From: a virus
IMG/VR virus record: IMGVR_UViG_3300037258_000161
Location: 32,001-96,000 of that record
DNA length: 64,000 bases
Direction: 5' to 3' (one strand)
Shown here: one piece after another, positions 29,366 to 38,665 of the stretch
Position numbering within the stretch: position 1 is the stretch's first letter
Layout: every line of letters starts with the position of its first letter
Translations under genes and position numbers: made by a program
Notes under the pieces: generated by a model
What the model saw: the letters and a program-made list of their open reading frames with translations, nothing else
What the model was told of the DNA's origin: nothing
Databases searched by the model: none

Positions 29366-30556
29366 ATGACGATCACGACGGACGCGCCTAGGACGCCACT
29401 CGACGAGGTGCGCAGCTTCCTGGGCAAGTTCATCGACGCCAGCGACACCCAGCTGGACGCCATCACGCTCTGGGTGGCGCACACCAACGTGCTGGGCGCG
29501 TTCCCGGCGTCGCCGCGCCTGCTGATCACCAGCCGTGACCCGGGCTGCGGCAAGTCGGAGACGCTGCGGCGGATCCGCGACCTGTCGCAGAACGGGTGGA
29601 GCGCCAAGGGCACGAGCTTCGCCATCCGCGCCAAGCTCGGCGAGCCGGACCGGCCGACAATCACGGTGGACGAGGTGAGCGACGTGTTCGGCAAGTCGGG
29701 CCGCTCAGGTGCGACTCACCCGCTGGGCACGCTGCTGCGGCTCGGCTACAAGGCAGGCGAGACGGACTGCTTCGCGCAGAACAAGGTGGCCGAGGAGATC
29801 AGCATCTACACGGCGGCGGCGATGGCCGGGCGCGGTGCGGCCGTGCCGGACGACATCCGCTCGCGGTGCGTCATCATCAAGCTCAAGCCGGGCCGGCCTG
29901 CGGAGGATTACGTGATCCGCGAGCACGAGCCACAGGCGCGGATGCTGCGGGACGCGCTCGGCCAGTGGGTGAAGTCGCAGTTCGGCGAGGTGCAGAAGTT
30001 CCGGGCGCGCGGCCTGCACCCGAAGCTGACCGGCCGCCGGCGCGAGATTTGGGAGCCGCTGCTGGCTGTGGCTAAGGCGGGTGGCGAGGAGTGGCTGCGG
30101 CGCGGCCTGTCGGCGCTGCTCGACCTGGCGCTGGACGAGTCCGACCAGCCGGTTCTGACGCCGCAGCAGACCGTGCTCCGCGACATGGCGAAGGCGGCCG
30201 GGCTGGTGGAACTGGCTGGCGGCACCGAGGACGGCTTCGCTCTGGGCGCTGACCTGCGCGAGGAGATGCGGCGCATGGGTGAGCCAATGTACGAGACGCT
30301 GGCCGACCGGGCGCTGTCGATGCTGATGGCCGAAGCGGTGGCGGACGCCTCGCCTGACGGGCAGGCGATCGTGACGGTGGGCGAGCGGCGCGGGCGCGGC
30401 TACCGGCTGGCGGACATCCGCGCCGAGTGGGCTGCGCGCGCTCCGGTCGGTTCGGCCGAGGAAGTCGCGGACACTGAGCCGCTCGACCCGGATGCGGTTG
30501 AGTTCGTCGCGCAACCTGACGACCTGACAACCTCGACGACCTCGGACGCGGCCTGA
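29366..30556 (+). CDS. DUF3631-like P-loop ATPase (replication-associated)
   Basis: LWVAHT...PRLLITS.DPGCGKS...TVDE...IRSRCVII...WEPLLAVA. Confidence 0.8.
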   Translation: MTITTDAPRTPLDEVRSFLGKFIDASDTQLDAITLWVAHTNVLGAFPASPRLLITSRDPGCGKSETLRRIRDLSQNGWSAKGTSFAIRAKLGEPDRPTITVDEVSDVFGKSGRSGATHPLGTLLRLGYKAGETDCFAQNKVAEEISIYTAAAMAGRGAAVPDDIRSRCVIIKLKPGRPAEDYVIREHEPQARMLRDALGQWVKSQFGEVQKFRARGLHPKLTGRRREIWEPLLAVAKAGGEEWLRRGLSALLDLALDESDQPVLTPQQTVLRDMAKAAGLVELAGGTEDGFALGADLREEMRRMGEPMYETLADRALSMLMAEAVADASPDGQAIVTVGERRGRGYRLADIRAEWAARAPVGSAEEVADTEPLDPDAVEFVAQPDDLTTSTTSDAA

Positions 30557-30706
30557 TTTTTGCCGCAATCTCAGCCGATAGGCGTCACCCTGATGGGTGG
30601 CGCCATCGGCATGTCCGGGCATGAACCCGGTAAGCTTGGAGAACACAAACGCCCTGGTGAGCGCTGCAAACACCCACCAGGGCACGACCTGAGAAGGCAG
30701 GCCGCT

Positions 30707-31426
30707 GTGAGCAATCTACCCTTGGGCGAGATCCCCGCTGATGCGCTGATGAGGGAACTCGGTGCCCGTGACTTCGACCCGCGCGGCTTCTTCGTCTACA
30801 TCCTGTGGGATGCCGAGGATGAGGCCGTCTACGTGGGCCAGTCGGCCAACATCCTGTCGCGGCTCGGCAACCACATGCAGGACGCGGAGAAGCGCGGCCA
30901 GACGGTGCGCGCGTCGTTTATCCGCTGCGAGACGCGGCGCGAGATGGACGCCACTGAGGCATGGCTGATCAGCAAACTAGACCCGAAGCTCAACATCGCC
31001 CTCACGGACAAGCCGCGCAGCGTGCGCCGTAAGGCGATTGCGGTCTGGCCGACCGACGCGCAGATGGCGTCAGAGGACGCTGCTGCCGATGCCCGCTGGA
31101 TACCTGCCGCCGGGCGGCTGGTATCACGGGCCGCCCTTGACCAGCTGGTCGCCGACATCGTGACCGTGTGGAAGCCGACGGTGAGATTGCGCAGCGTTGC
31201 GTGGCTCACGGACGCCCTGCTCGCGATCCCCGGTGGCCAGTACGCGGCCATGTGGGACTCAAACCGGGTGTTCGCGATGCACAACCTGGAGTGGATGCTG
31301 GAGTACAGGCTGGGCATTGAGCCGCACCCTGGCATCGACGGCGCCTGTGGTGTGCGCACAGTTGGCTGGCGGCGCGACCAGTTCCCTGCCGACCTGCCAG
31401 CCTCCGCTTTGGTGACAACCCACTGA
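30707..31426 (+). CDS. GIY-YIG nuclease
   Basis: FVYILW...VYVGQS...RL..H...E..LI...PKLN. Confidence 0.75.
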   Translation: MSNLPLGEIPADALMRELGARDFDPRGFFVYILWDAEDEAVYVGQSANILSRLGNHMQDAEKRGQTVRASFIRCETRREMDATEAWLISKLDPKLNIALTDKPRSVRRKAIAVWPTDAQMASEDAAADARWIPAAGRLVSRAALDQLVADIVTVWKPTVRLRSVAWLTDALLAIPGGQYAAMWDSNRVFAMHNLEWMLEYRLGIEPHPGIDGACGVRTVGWRRDQFPADLPASALVTTH

Positions 31427-31487
31427 CCTGCGGCGAGTCACGATCGCTCACCGGCCGGCAAGCGCGGCGCGCGGGCAAAGCCTCCGG

Positions 31488-31739
31488 TTAGCGGGACGGC
31501 CACGAGGGCACACGGGACGGCTTAGCCGCTGCACCGTTGCCCGTGCCTATCCCCCGTGCATCCAGCTCCGCAGCGACAGCCTCACGGACGAGCAAGCGCA
31601 TCTGCTCGTCCGGGTCGGGCAGCAGGCGCCGCGCCTCGAGCGCCTCACGCAGCAGCACCGGGATAGACGCGCCGGACTGCTTCCACGCCGCCCAGAGGTC
31701 GTCGGGTAGCTCGCTGCTGGTTTTCCTGCCTGCACCCAT
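31488..31739 (-). CDS. Small RHH-like regulator
   Basis: RKTSSELPDDLW...LLREAL; TAGCCT-N7-ATG. Confidence 0.55.
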   Translation of the reverse strand: MGAGRKTSSELPDDLWAAWKQSGASIPVLLREALEARRLLPDPDEQMRLLVREAVAAELDARGIGTGNGAAAKPSRVPSWPSR

Positions 31740-32140
31740 GCGGGACAGGCTACCTGACGGGGCGCCGGAAACAAGTTCCGCGACTTGCCACGTTGCGGTT
31801 GACCTGCGGATTCGGTAGCGGGTACTGTAGTCCCATGATCGCAAGGATGGTGGTCCGGAGGGCGGTGCGGCAGTCGCGCCGCAACTCCCGCGCGCGGCGC
31901 CCGAGGCCGGCGGTGCGCGTGATCGTCATCCCCGCGGCGCGGCGGGTGCAGGCGGTGCGCAGTGAGCGCACGGCGCGGCCGGCATGGGCGGACGTGAGCG
32001 CGTGGCGGGCGTGAGCGCGGCGCAGGCGGCCGTGCGAAGCAGGCGGATCGGCCCATGCCAGACATGACCGAGATGACGGGCACGGGTCCGCGCGCGCGCG
32101 GATAGCCCTGAGTCGGCCTGAGTCCGGTTATGATCCCTGG

Positions 32141-32449
32141 ATGAGCGAATCGGCCACGCAGCACGCACGCGCTGTCGTGCCACCGCTAGGTCACTTCCTG
32201 TGGATCCAGAACCTCGCCGATGGCGGGCAATGGGTAACACAGACCGAGCAGGATGGCGCTGCGTTCTTCATCAGGATCGACGGGCACCAGGTCGTATGCT
32301 ATGGCCCGTTCCGGCGGCACGCTGAGTTCGGGTGCGCCCTGTCGCCTGTGATCAGGATGGACGCGCTGCCAGCCGATGAGCACCCGCCAGGGCTAGGTGC
32401 TGACACCGAAGTGCTCAGTCCCGGGCCGCTGGATCCGCCAGCTTGTTAA
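32141..32449 (+). CDS. Hypothetical protein, leaderless
   Basis: TATGAT-N6-ATG; globular composition. Confidence 0.55.
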   Translation: MSESATQHARAVVPPLGHFLWIQNLADGGQWVTQTEQDGAAFFIRIDGHQVVCYGPFRRHAEFGCALSPVIRMDALPADEHPPGLGADTEVLSPGPLDPPAC

Positions 32450-32744
32450 GCGCGGTCAGACGGCTCCTGAGCGCACAGCGCTCCCTATAGGGAGACCGAT
32501 TTTGAGATTTCCCGGGAAACCATTTCCGGCGAGCCGCTGAAAAATAAGGGATGGTCACCATGCCACCCTCCGCGAGGTCTTCCCGGGAAAATCCCGGCCG
32601 CGCAATGCTGTGGGCGGCTCCGGAATAAGGGAGGTGGGTACCTCCTCCCGCAGGGTCAGTCAGTACCGCCAGCACAGCAGGCACAGCGGTCGTCCGAGCA
32701 GTCTTCGCACCTGCCAGATCTGCATGCCTTGCAGACGTACGCCA

Positions 32745-33473
32745 TCAGCTGTCCTTCTCGAGTGCGAGACCGGCCGCGATCTCGTCGCCGAGCACCCGCA
32801 TCCTGGCGTCCAGGTCCGGGCTGCCCTCGTTGAGCGCCGCAAGGAACTCCCGCGCCGCCGGGCTGACCCGCTGCCGTGGCTTCGCCCGGGTGGCACCGAG
32901 CGCGGCCCGCATCCTGCCCGCCGAGGTGAACCTGGCGAAGCACTGGCCAGCGGCTCCCTGGTGGACTGCCCACGACTCCCACGGCTTCGGGACCGCCGCC
33001 TGCCCGGGCGCACTATCAGGCGCGAAGATCCACAGCGGATACGGGCCCAGGCCCGCACAGTTCCCCGCTGCGGCGAAAGCAGGTGACGTGCACACCACGG
33101 GAACGCGGCCGAGGACGGCTTCCAGGGATCTGGCGGTCATCCGCGCCCACACGCTCACCTGCGCCGGATTGCGGCTGTCAGTGGTGTCGAGGCTGACCGC
33201 GATGCCGTCGCCGTCGCCCAGGCCGAGATTCGTGACGGCTGAGGTGAAGAACTCCGCCGTTTCCTTCGGCGACGATGCGGGATGGCCGATCAGGCAGGCG
33301 ATCCGGGCTTTCCCGTTCGCCGCGAGCCAGTCCCATTCTTCCGCCGCAGTGGAGCTGAGCCACCGGGAGCCGTCAGCCCTGACCTCGGTCACGGTCACGC
33401 CAGCCCAGGTGATGTCCGCGTCCTGCCACGGCTGGGGGGCGCCCCAGCAGGAGATGTCAGCGCCGGAGAGCAT
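32745..33473 (-). CDS. GH25 muramidase-like protein with altered active site
   Basis: GADIS, GRVPVVCT, GNCAGLGPYPLWI, PWESWAVHQ; SLD where DxE is expected. Confidence 0.7.
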   Translation of the reverse strand: MLSGADISCWGAPQPWQDADITWAGVTVTEVRADGSRWLSSTAAEEWDWLAANGKARIACLIGHPASSPKETAEFFTSAVTNLGLGDGDGIAVSLDTTDSRNPAQVSVWARMTARSLEAVLGRVPVVCTSPAFAAAGNCAGLGPYPLWIFAPDSAPGQAAVPKPWESWAVHQGAAGQCFARFTSAGRMRAALGATRAKPRQRVSPAAREFLAALNEGSPDLDARMRVLGDEIAAGLALEKDS

Positions 33474-33475
33474 GG

Positions 33476-33712
33476 TCAGGTGCGCTCTGGCCAGTGCCAG
33501 GTGCCACCCTTGCGCTCCTGCGGCAGGTCGTCATCGTCGAAGATGACTCCCCGGTTCAGGAAGAGGCCGGTCGGGTTGAGTACGCACAGCCCTACGGCGT
33601 GCGCTTCCTCGACCTCGGTGACGATGGCAGCGCGGCACTCCTTGCCGTACTCGCCGCCCGGCGTGCCGTAGCTGGTGTAGTGGACGATGCTGCCGATTGC
33701 GGGACTGCTCAC
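33476..33712 (-). CDS. Conserved-looking actinophage small protein
   Basis: IGSIVHY..YGTPGGEY...CRAAIVTEV...GTWHWPE. Confidence 0.7.
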   Translation of the reverse strand: MSSPAIGSIVHYTSYGTPGGEYGKECRAAIVTEVEEAHAVGLCVLNPTGLFLNRGVIFDDDDLPQERKGGTWHWPERT

Positions 33713-33957
33713 GTGGCCGGCTTCTCGTCCGCCTTGCGGGCGGTGGCCGTGCCGACAGGCTTGTCCTCGCCCGTGACCCGGATACCCTCGCCGGCCCCCA
33801 CGGCTGGCCGGTCAGGCCGCGGTGGCGCGGACCTGGCACCCTCCGCGACGGGGATCTGCGCCGAAGCCGGTGCTCCCTCGGGCAGTGCGGCGACCGGCTC
33901 GGCCTTGTGTGCCTGCTTGTGCCGCAGGACGGCGAAGTTCGGCCAGCGCTGGCTCAT
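33709..33957 (-). CDS. Hypothetical protein
   Basis: Four-base overlaps with both neighbours. Confidence 0.5.
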   Translation of the reverse strand: MSQRWPNFAVLRHKQAHKAEPVAALPEGAPASAQIPVAEGARSAPPRPDRPAVGAGEGIRVTGEDKPVGTATARKADEKPAT

Positions 33958-34301
33958 AAGTTCCCCTTCGGAATCAGCCCCGGATGGGACTCGGCCGGGC
34001 GGAATCTTGCTGCCGCGATCTTGCGGCGGAGCGCACCAGCGGCGCGGCCAGCTTCAACGCCAGTCTTGTGATTGTGATGAAACGGGCAAAGTGCCTGGAG
34101 GTTGGACAGATCGTCAGGGCCGTCCGGATCTATGTGATCCGCCTGGTTGGCCCGCTGGCCGCAGATGCCGCCGGGCATGCGCCACCGGCAGGCGAAGCCG
34201 TCGCGGACCAGGCACTGGGTCCGGAGCCCATGCACCCCCTCCCAATTGGGCGGAAGGGGGCGCCGGCGCCGGCTACCCGGATGGCCGGGCCCGGCGCTCA
34301 C
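33954..34301 (-). CDS. HNH endonuclease, packaging-associated type
   Basis: PPNW...RDGFAC...ADHI...DDLSNLQALCPFHHNHKT. Confidence 0.9.
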   Translation of the reverse strand: MSAGPGHPGSRRRRPLPPNWEGVHGLRTQCLVRDGFACRWRMPGGICGQRANQADHIDPDGPDDLSNLQALCPFHHNHKTGVEAGRAAGALRRKIAAARFRPAESHPGLIPKGNL

Positions 34302-34304
34302 GGC

Positions 34305-34670
34305 TTACCCGCCGATGATCAGCAGTGTGATCGACGAGCTCGTCCCCTGGAGGCCCTGCAGGGTGTCACCCGTCTCCAGCTGGAGCCCGTTCAGCGCCGA
34401 GTACAGGTGCTCCGACGGCAGCAGGGCCGCGGTGGAGTTGGCGGCCACCGACACTGCGGCGGCGATGTTGACCGCATAGGCGTCGCTCGACGTGCCGCCC
34501 TTCCTCACCAGATTCAGGGTGATCGTCGCCGCGGCACCCGTGCCGTTGATGGCGTAGATGCCCTTCACGACGGCCGGGGCGGACGCGGTGTAGAGCGTGG
34601 CGTTGCTGGTGGAGGGGGTCGTGTCGTAAAGCGTCGGGTAGGTCACGGGTGACTGGACACCGGAAGCCAT
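34305..34670 (-). CDS. Small beta-sandwich virion-like protein
   Basis: Paralog of 19036-19389 (SVAA...GDxLxGLQGT...ITL). Confidence 0.65.
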   Translation of the reverse strand: MASGVQSPVTYPTLYDTTPSTSNATLYTASAPAVVKGIYAINGTGAAATITLNLVRKGGTSSDAYAVNIAAAVSVAANSTAALLPSEHLYSALNGLQLETGDTLQGLQGTSSSITLLIIGG

Positions 34671-34803
34671 GGTCGTTTCTCCTCAGGTCGGAGGGCGTCG
34701 GGAATGCCGCGCCGAGGAGGAGCGGCCAGGGGATTGCTGCGGAAATGCTGCACCGCCCTGCCGCGGTCCTGGAGCAGGAGGTCCGTGGCAGGGCGGGGAT
34801 GAT

Positions 34804-35157
34804 TCAGGAAGCCGGGGGCGCCGGGGGGGCCGCGGCGGTGGCGACACCGGCCACGCCGTTCGCGGCGGTCTGCGCGTCGCCGAGCGCGGCCTCCAGGCCG
34901 GTGAAGTCCAGTTCCGCCGGCGGGGTGCCGTTCGCGATGGCCTGCTGCAGCGCGGCAACCTCGGCCGAGGCGGTCTGCACGCTGTCATTGATGGCGGACA
35001 CGACGGTAGTGAGCTGCTGGGTGTCGGCGTCGAGCTCGGCCTGCTGATCGGACAAGATGTTCTCCTTTGCGAGGATCTGGTCAACTTTGCTGTGCAGGTC
35101 ATCGTGACGGCCCGCGAGCAGGCGCAACTCGGCGATCACGGTTTCCCAGATCGTCAC
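34804..35157 (-). CDS. Coiled-coil protein
   Basis: Heptad-like, acidic; RBS GGGAGG. Confidence 0.6.
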   Translation of the reverse strand: MTIWETVIAELRLLAGRHDDLHSKVDQILAKENILSDQQAELDADTQQLTTVVSAINDSVQTASAEVAALQQAIANGTPPAELDFTGLEAALGDAQTAANGVAGVATAAAPPAPPAS

Positions 35158-35169
35158 GTGCGCCTCCCG

Positions 35170-35493
35170 TCAATCGCCTGCATTGAAGGCCAGTTCGGCC
35201 GTGAGGGTGCCGCCGGACAGTGCGGTCAGATTGGCCCGCACGTACCGGGCCAGGACCCCGGTGACCGTCGTGCCATTGGTCACCGCCACGACCGCGGACC
35301 CGAGGGTGAACCAGTTGCTCCCGTCGACCGAGCCCTGGAAGGTCACCGAGAACGTGGGCGAGCCCGTGGTCTGCACGAGCACGCTGAACTCATCCCGGAT
35401 GTCACCCAGGTCCGCGCCCGTGCCCGCGCCAGTCCCGGTGACGGCGGCCAGCAGCGTGACGAGATGCCCCTCGCCTGCCTCAGCGCTCGGCAT
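35170..35493 (-). CDS. Small beta-sandwich protein
   Basis: FQGSVDGSNW...ARYVR motif, discoidin-like. Confidence 0.65.
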   Translation of the reverse strand: MPSAEAGEGHLVTLLAAVTGTGAGTGADLGDIRDEFSVLVQTTGSPTFSVTFQGSVDGSNWFTLGSAVVAVTNGTTVTGVLARYVRANLTALSGGTLTAELAFNAGD

Positions 35494-35495
35494 CT

Positions 35496-35822
35496 CTACG
35501 GCTCGAAGGCCGTGACCTCGACCAGCGCCGAGTTCGCCTGGTAGGTCAGCTGGGAGCCGAAGGTCCGGGTGTCGAACTCCGACAGCCATTCCTTCGCGCT
35601 GGCCCCGAGGGTGATCACCAGGTCGGCCAGCGCCAGGCCGTCCTCGGTGGGGATGGTCGTGAACGTGACCGTGTGCGAGGACGAGTCGGTGTTCTGCAGC
35701 CGGAAGATCGTCGCCCCGCTGTTGGGCGTGATGTTCCCGTTCGTGGCGTCACAGAACGTCGGGCTGGGGTCAGCCGTCGGCGTGCGCGACAGCTGGACCG
35801 ACGCGATGGCGGTAGCGGCCAT
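35496..35822 (-). CDS. Small beta-rich virion-like protein
   Basis: RBS GGAGGAG; DATNGN..PNSG...QNTD..SHTVT. Confidence 0.65.
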   Translation of the reverse strand: MAATAIASVQLSRTPTADPSPTFCDATNGNITPNSGATIFRLQNTDSSSHTVTFTTIPTEDGLALADLVITLGASAKEWLSEFDTRTFGSQLTYQANSALVEVTAFEP

Positions 35823-35894
35823 GGGGCGTTACTCCTCCGTGAGATGAGAACTGGAGACGCCCCGCAGCGGGGGCAGAGTCAGGGGTCAGGCGGA

Positions 35895-36194
35895 TCACGC
35901 CGCGTGACGGCGCTTGATCTGCACGTCAGTTCCCGAGGCCTTGATGGCCGCTTCCCATGCCCTGTGCTCGGCGGCGATCACGTCTTCCCAGGCATACAGC
36001 GGCTTGCGCGGCGGGCATCCGTCCAGCGGCGTGAGGTATCCGCGGCTGCGCCACCAGGTGATGGTGCACGGCGCGACCCGCATTGCGGCGGCGGCCTGCT
36101 TGGTGCTGACGTAGATCCGGTCATCGGGGGCAGGCTCGGGCAACTCGAAGTCCTGGAACGCCGGCAGCGAGATCGCCTCCCCCGGGAACGGCAA
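35895..36194 (-). CDS. MerR-like HTH protein
   Basis: STKQAAAAMRVAPCTITWWRSRGYL...PLY. Confidence 0.7.
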   Translation of the reverse strand: MPFPGEAISLPAFQDFELPEPAPDDRIYVSTKQAAAAMRVAPCTITWWRSRGYLTPLDGCPPRKPLYAWEDVIAAEHRAWEAAIKASGTDVQIKRRHAA

Positions 36195-36320
36195 AGCCCC
36201 CGACCGGAGGACTCCCGGATCGAGGGCATGACGAAACTGCTCAGGCGCAGTTTAGGGGCTCCACCGACCGGTTGTCACGCAGGGTCGTGATCTTTCCCCC
36301 GGCCTCGCTACGCTGGGACG

Positions 36321-36644
36321 ATGCCGCGCAGGAGAGTTACGCTCCGCCAGTTCACCGTCTACGGCGACCACGGCGGCGGCGTGACAGTGGAGCACGTATA
36401 CCGCAGGTGCGATTGGACCAGCAACATTCAAGGCGAGACGCCCGGCGAGATCATGCAGATAGCCCGCGTTCACGCACGGGAATGCAGGGGGGAGCCGCAG
36501 CCTCGGCTTCCCGCGGGGACAGTGGCTTCCGGCCTCATTCCAGGGGTGTTCCTCGTTGACCTGGGTAACGGGCTCATGGATACCTGGAAGGTCACGCCAC
36601 CAGGCCGGGATGGCCTCTGGCACGCCGAGCGCCCAGCCGGCTGA
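36321..36644 (+). CDS. Hypothetical protein, leaderless
   Basis: TACGCT-N6-ATG. Confidence 0.5.
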   Translation: MPRRRVTLRQFTVYGDHGGGVTVEHVYRRCDWTSNIQGETPGEIMQIARVHARECRGEPQPRLPAGTVASGLIPGVFLVDLGNGLMDTWKVTPPGRDGLWHAERPAG

Positions 36645-36650
36645 CCCCGT

Positions 36651-37361
36651 TCAGGTACTCGCGCCGGCGGTCTTGCCCGCTATCGCGGCACCCGTCGCCG
36701 ACTCGGCCTCGGCGGCCAGATCCTCATACTCGCGGACACTCATCAGCCGCCCGCACTCGCGGCACTTCACCACGTCCGACCCGCGCTCCTGGGACAGGCC
36801 CATCTTGCTGCACCGCGGGCACGGCACCGGCTTGGACACCAGCGCCGGGCCCGCCTTGGCCAGCTTCGCCAGCCGCGAGTGCCACGAGCGGACCGCGTCG
36901 TACAACTGCGCGGCGTAGTCCTCGTCGATCATGTAGAGGTTCAGGTTCGCGATCAGCCACGACGTGGACTCCGTCACCGGCCGCGCCAGGTAGCCGAGCC
37001 TCGCCGCTACCGGGCGCTTGACCGCTACCCACTGGCGCAGTGCGTCCTCAAGCTCGCCGAGGAGATCCGAGACCGGCGACGGGGAACCTCTCCCGGTGCC
37101 GTTCCTGTGCGCCCTGATGGCCGCGTCCGATCCCGTGGAACCGCGGAAGCCGTCAGCCTCGGCAGTCAGCATCGCGGAGAGCGTGTCCAGCCCGGACAGC
37201 TCGTTGCGCAGGACCGAGACGCACTTGGGGCAGAGGACCGGGTCGCCCTCCCGGCCGATGCCCTTCCCGTTCTTGCGGTACAGGGCATTGCAGGCACCTG
37301 GGCAGAGTCTTGGCCGGTCCCGCTCATCGGGCTCTGTGTCCGGAACTGTTATCTCGCTCAC
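36651..37361 (-). CDS. Zn-finger putative late transcription regulator
   Basis: CPKC, CPRC and CREC motifs; precedes the HTH and late genes. Confidence 0.65.
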   Translation of the reverse strand: MSEITVPDTEPDERDRPRLCPGACNALYRKNGKGIGREGDPVLCPKCVSVLRNELSGLDTLSAMLTAEADGFRGSTGSDAAIRAHRNGTGRGSPSPVSDLLGELEDALRQWVAVKRPVAARLGYLARPVTESTSWLIANLNLYMIDEDYAAQLYDAVRSWHSRLAKLAKAGPALVSKPVPCPRCSKMGLSQERGSDVVKCRECGRLMSVREYEDLAAEAESATGAAIAGKTAGAST

Positions 37362-37510
37362 GAGGAGCCGTCACGAGGGGTCACCGATGTAGGTGTACCG
37401 CACACGGACCGTGACGGGCAACCCCTGCGCCCTAGTGCGCCGCCTTCAGGGTCGTGCACGCGTTGTGGGCATCGGCCAGCAGCTTCTCCAGGTCCCCTGC
37501 CACCGCATGT

Positions 37511-37783
37511 TCACGGCGTGCCCTCAGGTGGCCTGGAGGCCATGGCGACCGCCTCCGCGGGCCCGAGCCCGAGTTCCTGCGCCCACCCGTCCAGGTGCAG
37601 CCAGTTCAGGTTGCCCGGCTCTACCGAGCTGGACGTGACGGCGATCTGCATGGCGCTGACGGCCTGCTCGCGGTCCAGCCTGCGCCCGGGGAGCCACGAC
37701 ACTGCCCAGGTGCCGTCTTCCTCGCGGGCTGTGTGCGGGGTGGCGTCGCTGAACATCAGGCTGGTGGTGATGTGCAGGCTCAT
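37511..37783 (-). CDS. Hypothetical protein
   Basis: WAVSWLPGRRLDREQAVSAM; ATGA overlap. Confidence 0.6.
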   Translation of the reverse strand: MSLHITTSLMFSDATPHTAREEDGTWAVSWLPGRRLDREQAVSAMQIAVTSSSVEPGNLNWLHLDGWAQELGLGPAEAVAMASRPPEGTP

Positions 37784-38073
37784 GGGGTGGCTCCGCCGCT
37801 ACGGGGCCGCTGCCAGCCGATGTCAGCGTGCTCCGGGTCGGGCTCCAGGTTGCCCAGCCAGGCGTAGCCGAATGCCTGGAGGATCCACTCCCGCTCCCAG
37901 GAGCCAGGACGGTAGACGGCCTGCTGGGCATGGTCGGCGAGTTCGTACAGGACGGTGCTGATCTTGTGTGCCTGGTCCCGGTACTCCGCGCCCGGCTCGG
38001 CCACGGCGGCGAGGCGCGCTGCTACCAGGGGAGTGAACGTCAGGGTGACAGTGACTTGCCCTGGCTCGGTCAT
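37780..38073 (-). CDS. Hypothetical protein
   Basis: MTEPGQVTV...YRPGSWEREWI; ATGA overlaps. Confidence 0.6.
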   Translation of the reverse strand: MTEPGQVTVTLTFTPLVAARLAAVAEPGAEYRDQAHKISTVLYELADHAQQAVYRPGSWEREWILQAFGYAWLGNLEPDPEHADIGWQRPRSGGATP

Positions 38074-38252
38074 GACGAAGCCTCCGCGATGACGAGGCCG
38101 GCCTGGATTGTGTCGTAGACATCCTGTGCGCGCTGCGGATCCACGGCAGCGAGGACGCGGAGGAAGTCGGCCACGGCTTCCATGTCCCGCGCCTGGAGTG
38201 CCCGGTGAACGCCCTCGGTGAGCTGGTCTGCGGTCCACGGAATGTCGGCCAT
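38070..38252 (-). CDS. Hypothetical protein
   Basis: RBS GGAG; in operon. Confidence 0.6.
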   Translation of the reverse strand: MADIPWTADQLTEGVHRALQARDMEAVADFLRVLAAVDPQRAQDVYDTIQAGLVIAEASS

Positions 38253-38263
38253 GGTTCAGTCTC

Positions 38264-38629
38264 CTAGATCGCCTGGGCGGCCACGACTTCCGCGGCCCGC
38301 GCTACAGCTTCGGGATTCTCCTGCCGCCACTGCTCCCAGGACTCGTCAGTGAGCTTCCAGTTCAGCCATTCGGCCGTGTCGGGGGTGGCATCGAAGGGCG
38401 GTTCCCCGTCAATGCAGCGCTCGCACTGCTGGCAGGGGTCACCGCCAGTCAGGTGCTCACCGCAGAAGTACAGGCCGCAGCCGTCCTCGCCGCCATACGG
38501 TTCGCCGCCGCACACGTAGCCCAGTCCGCGGTCGACCGCCTCGCCGCAGGCAGGCTGATCGCAGATAGCGGGGACGCCGTAGCCAATGTCGCGGCTCCAG
38601 TTGGAGTCGAACCCTACTGACCATCCCAT
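38264..38629 (-). CDS. Cys-rich phage protein
   Basis: RDIGYGVPAICD..AC...DRGLGYVCGGEPYGGE.GCGLYFC. Confidence 0.7.
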   Translation of the reverse strand: MGWSVGFDSNWSRDIGYGVPAICDQPACGEAVDRGLGYVCGGEPYGGEDGCGLYFCGEHLTGGDPCQQCERCIDGEPPFDATPDTAEWLNWKLTDESWEQWRQENPEAVARAAEVVAAQAI

Positions 38630-38665
38630 GACTTGCTCCATTCTCTTGGGTTGACCCTGGTGACA

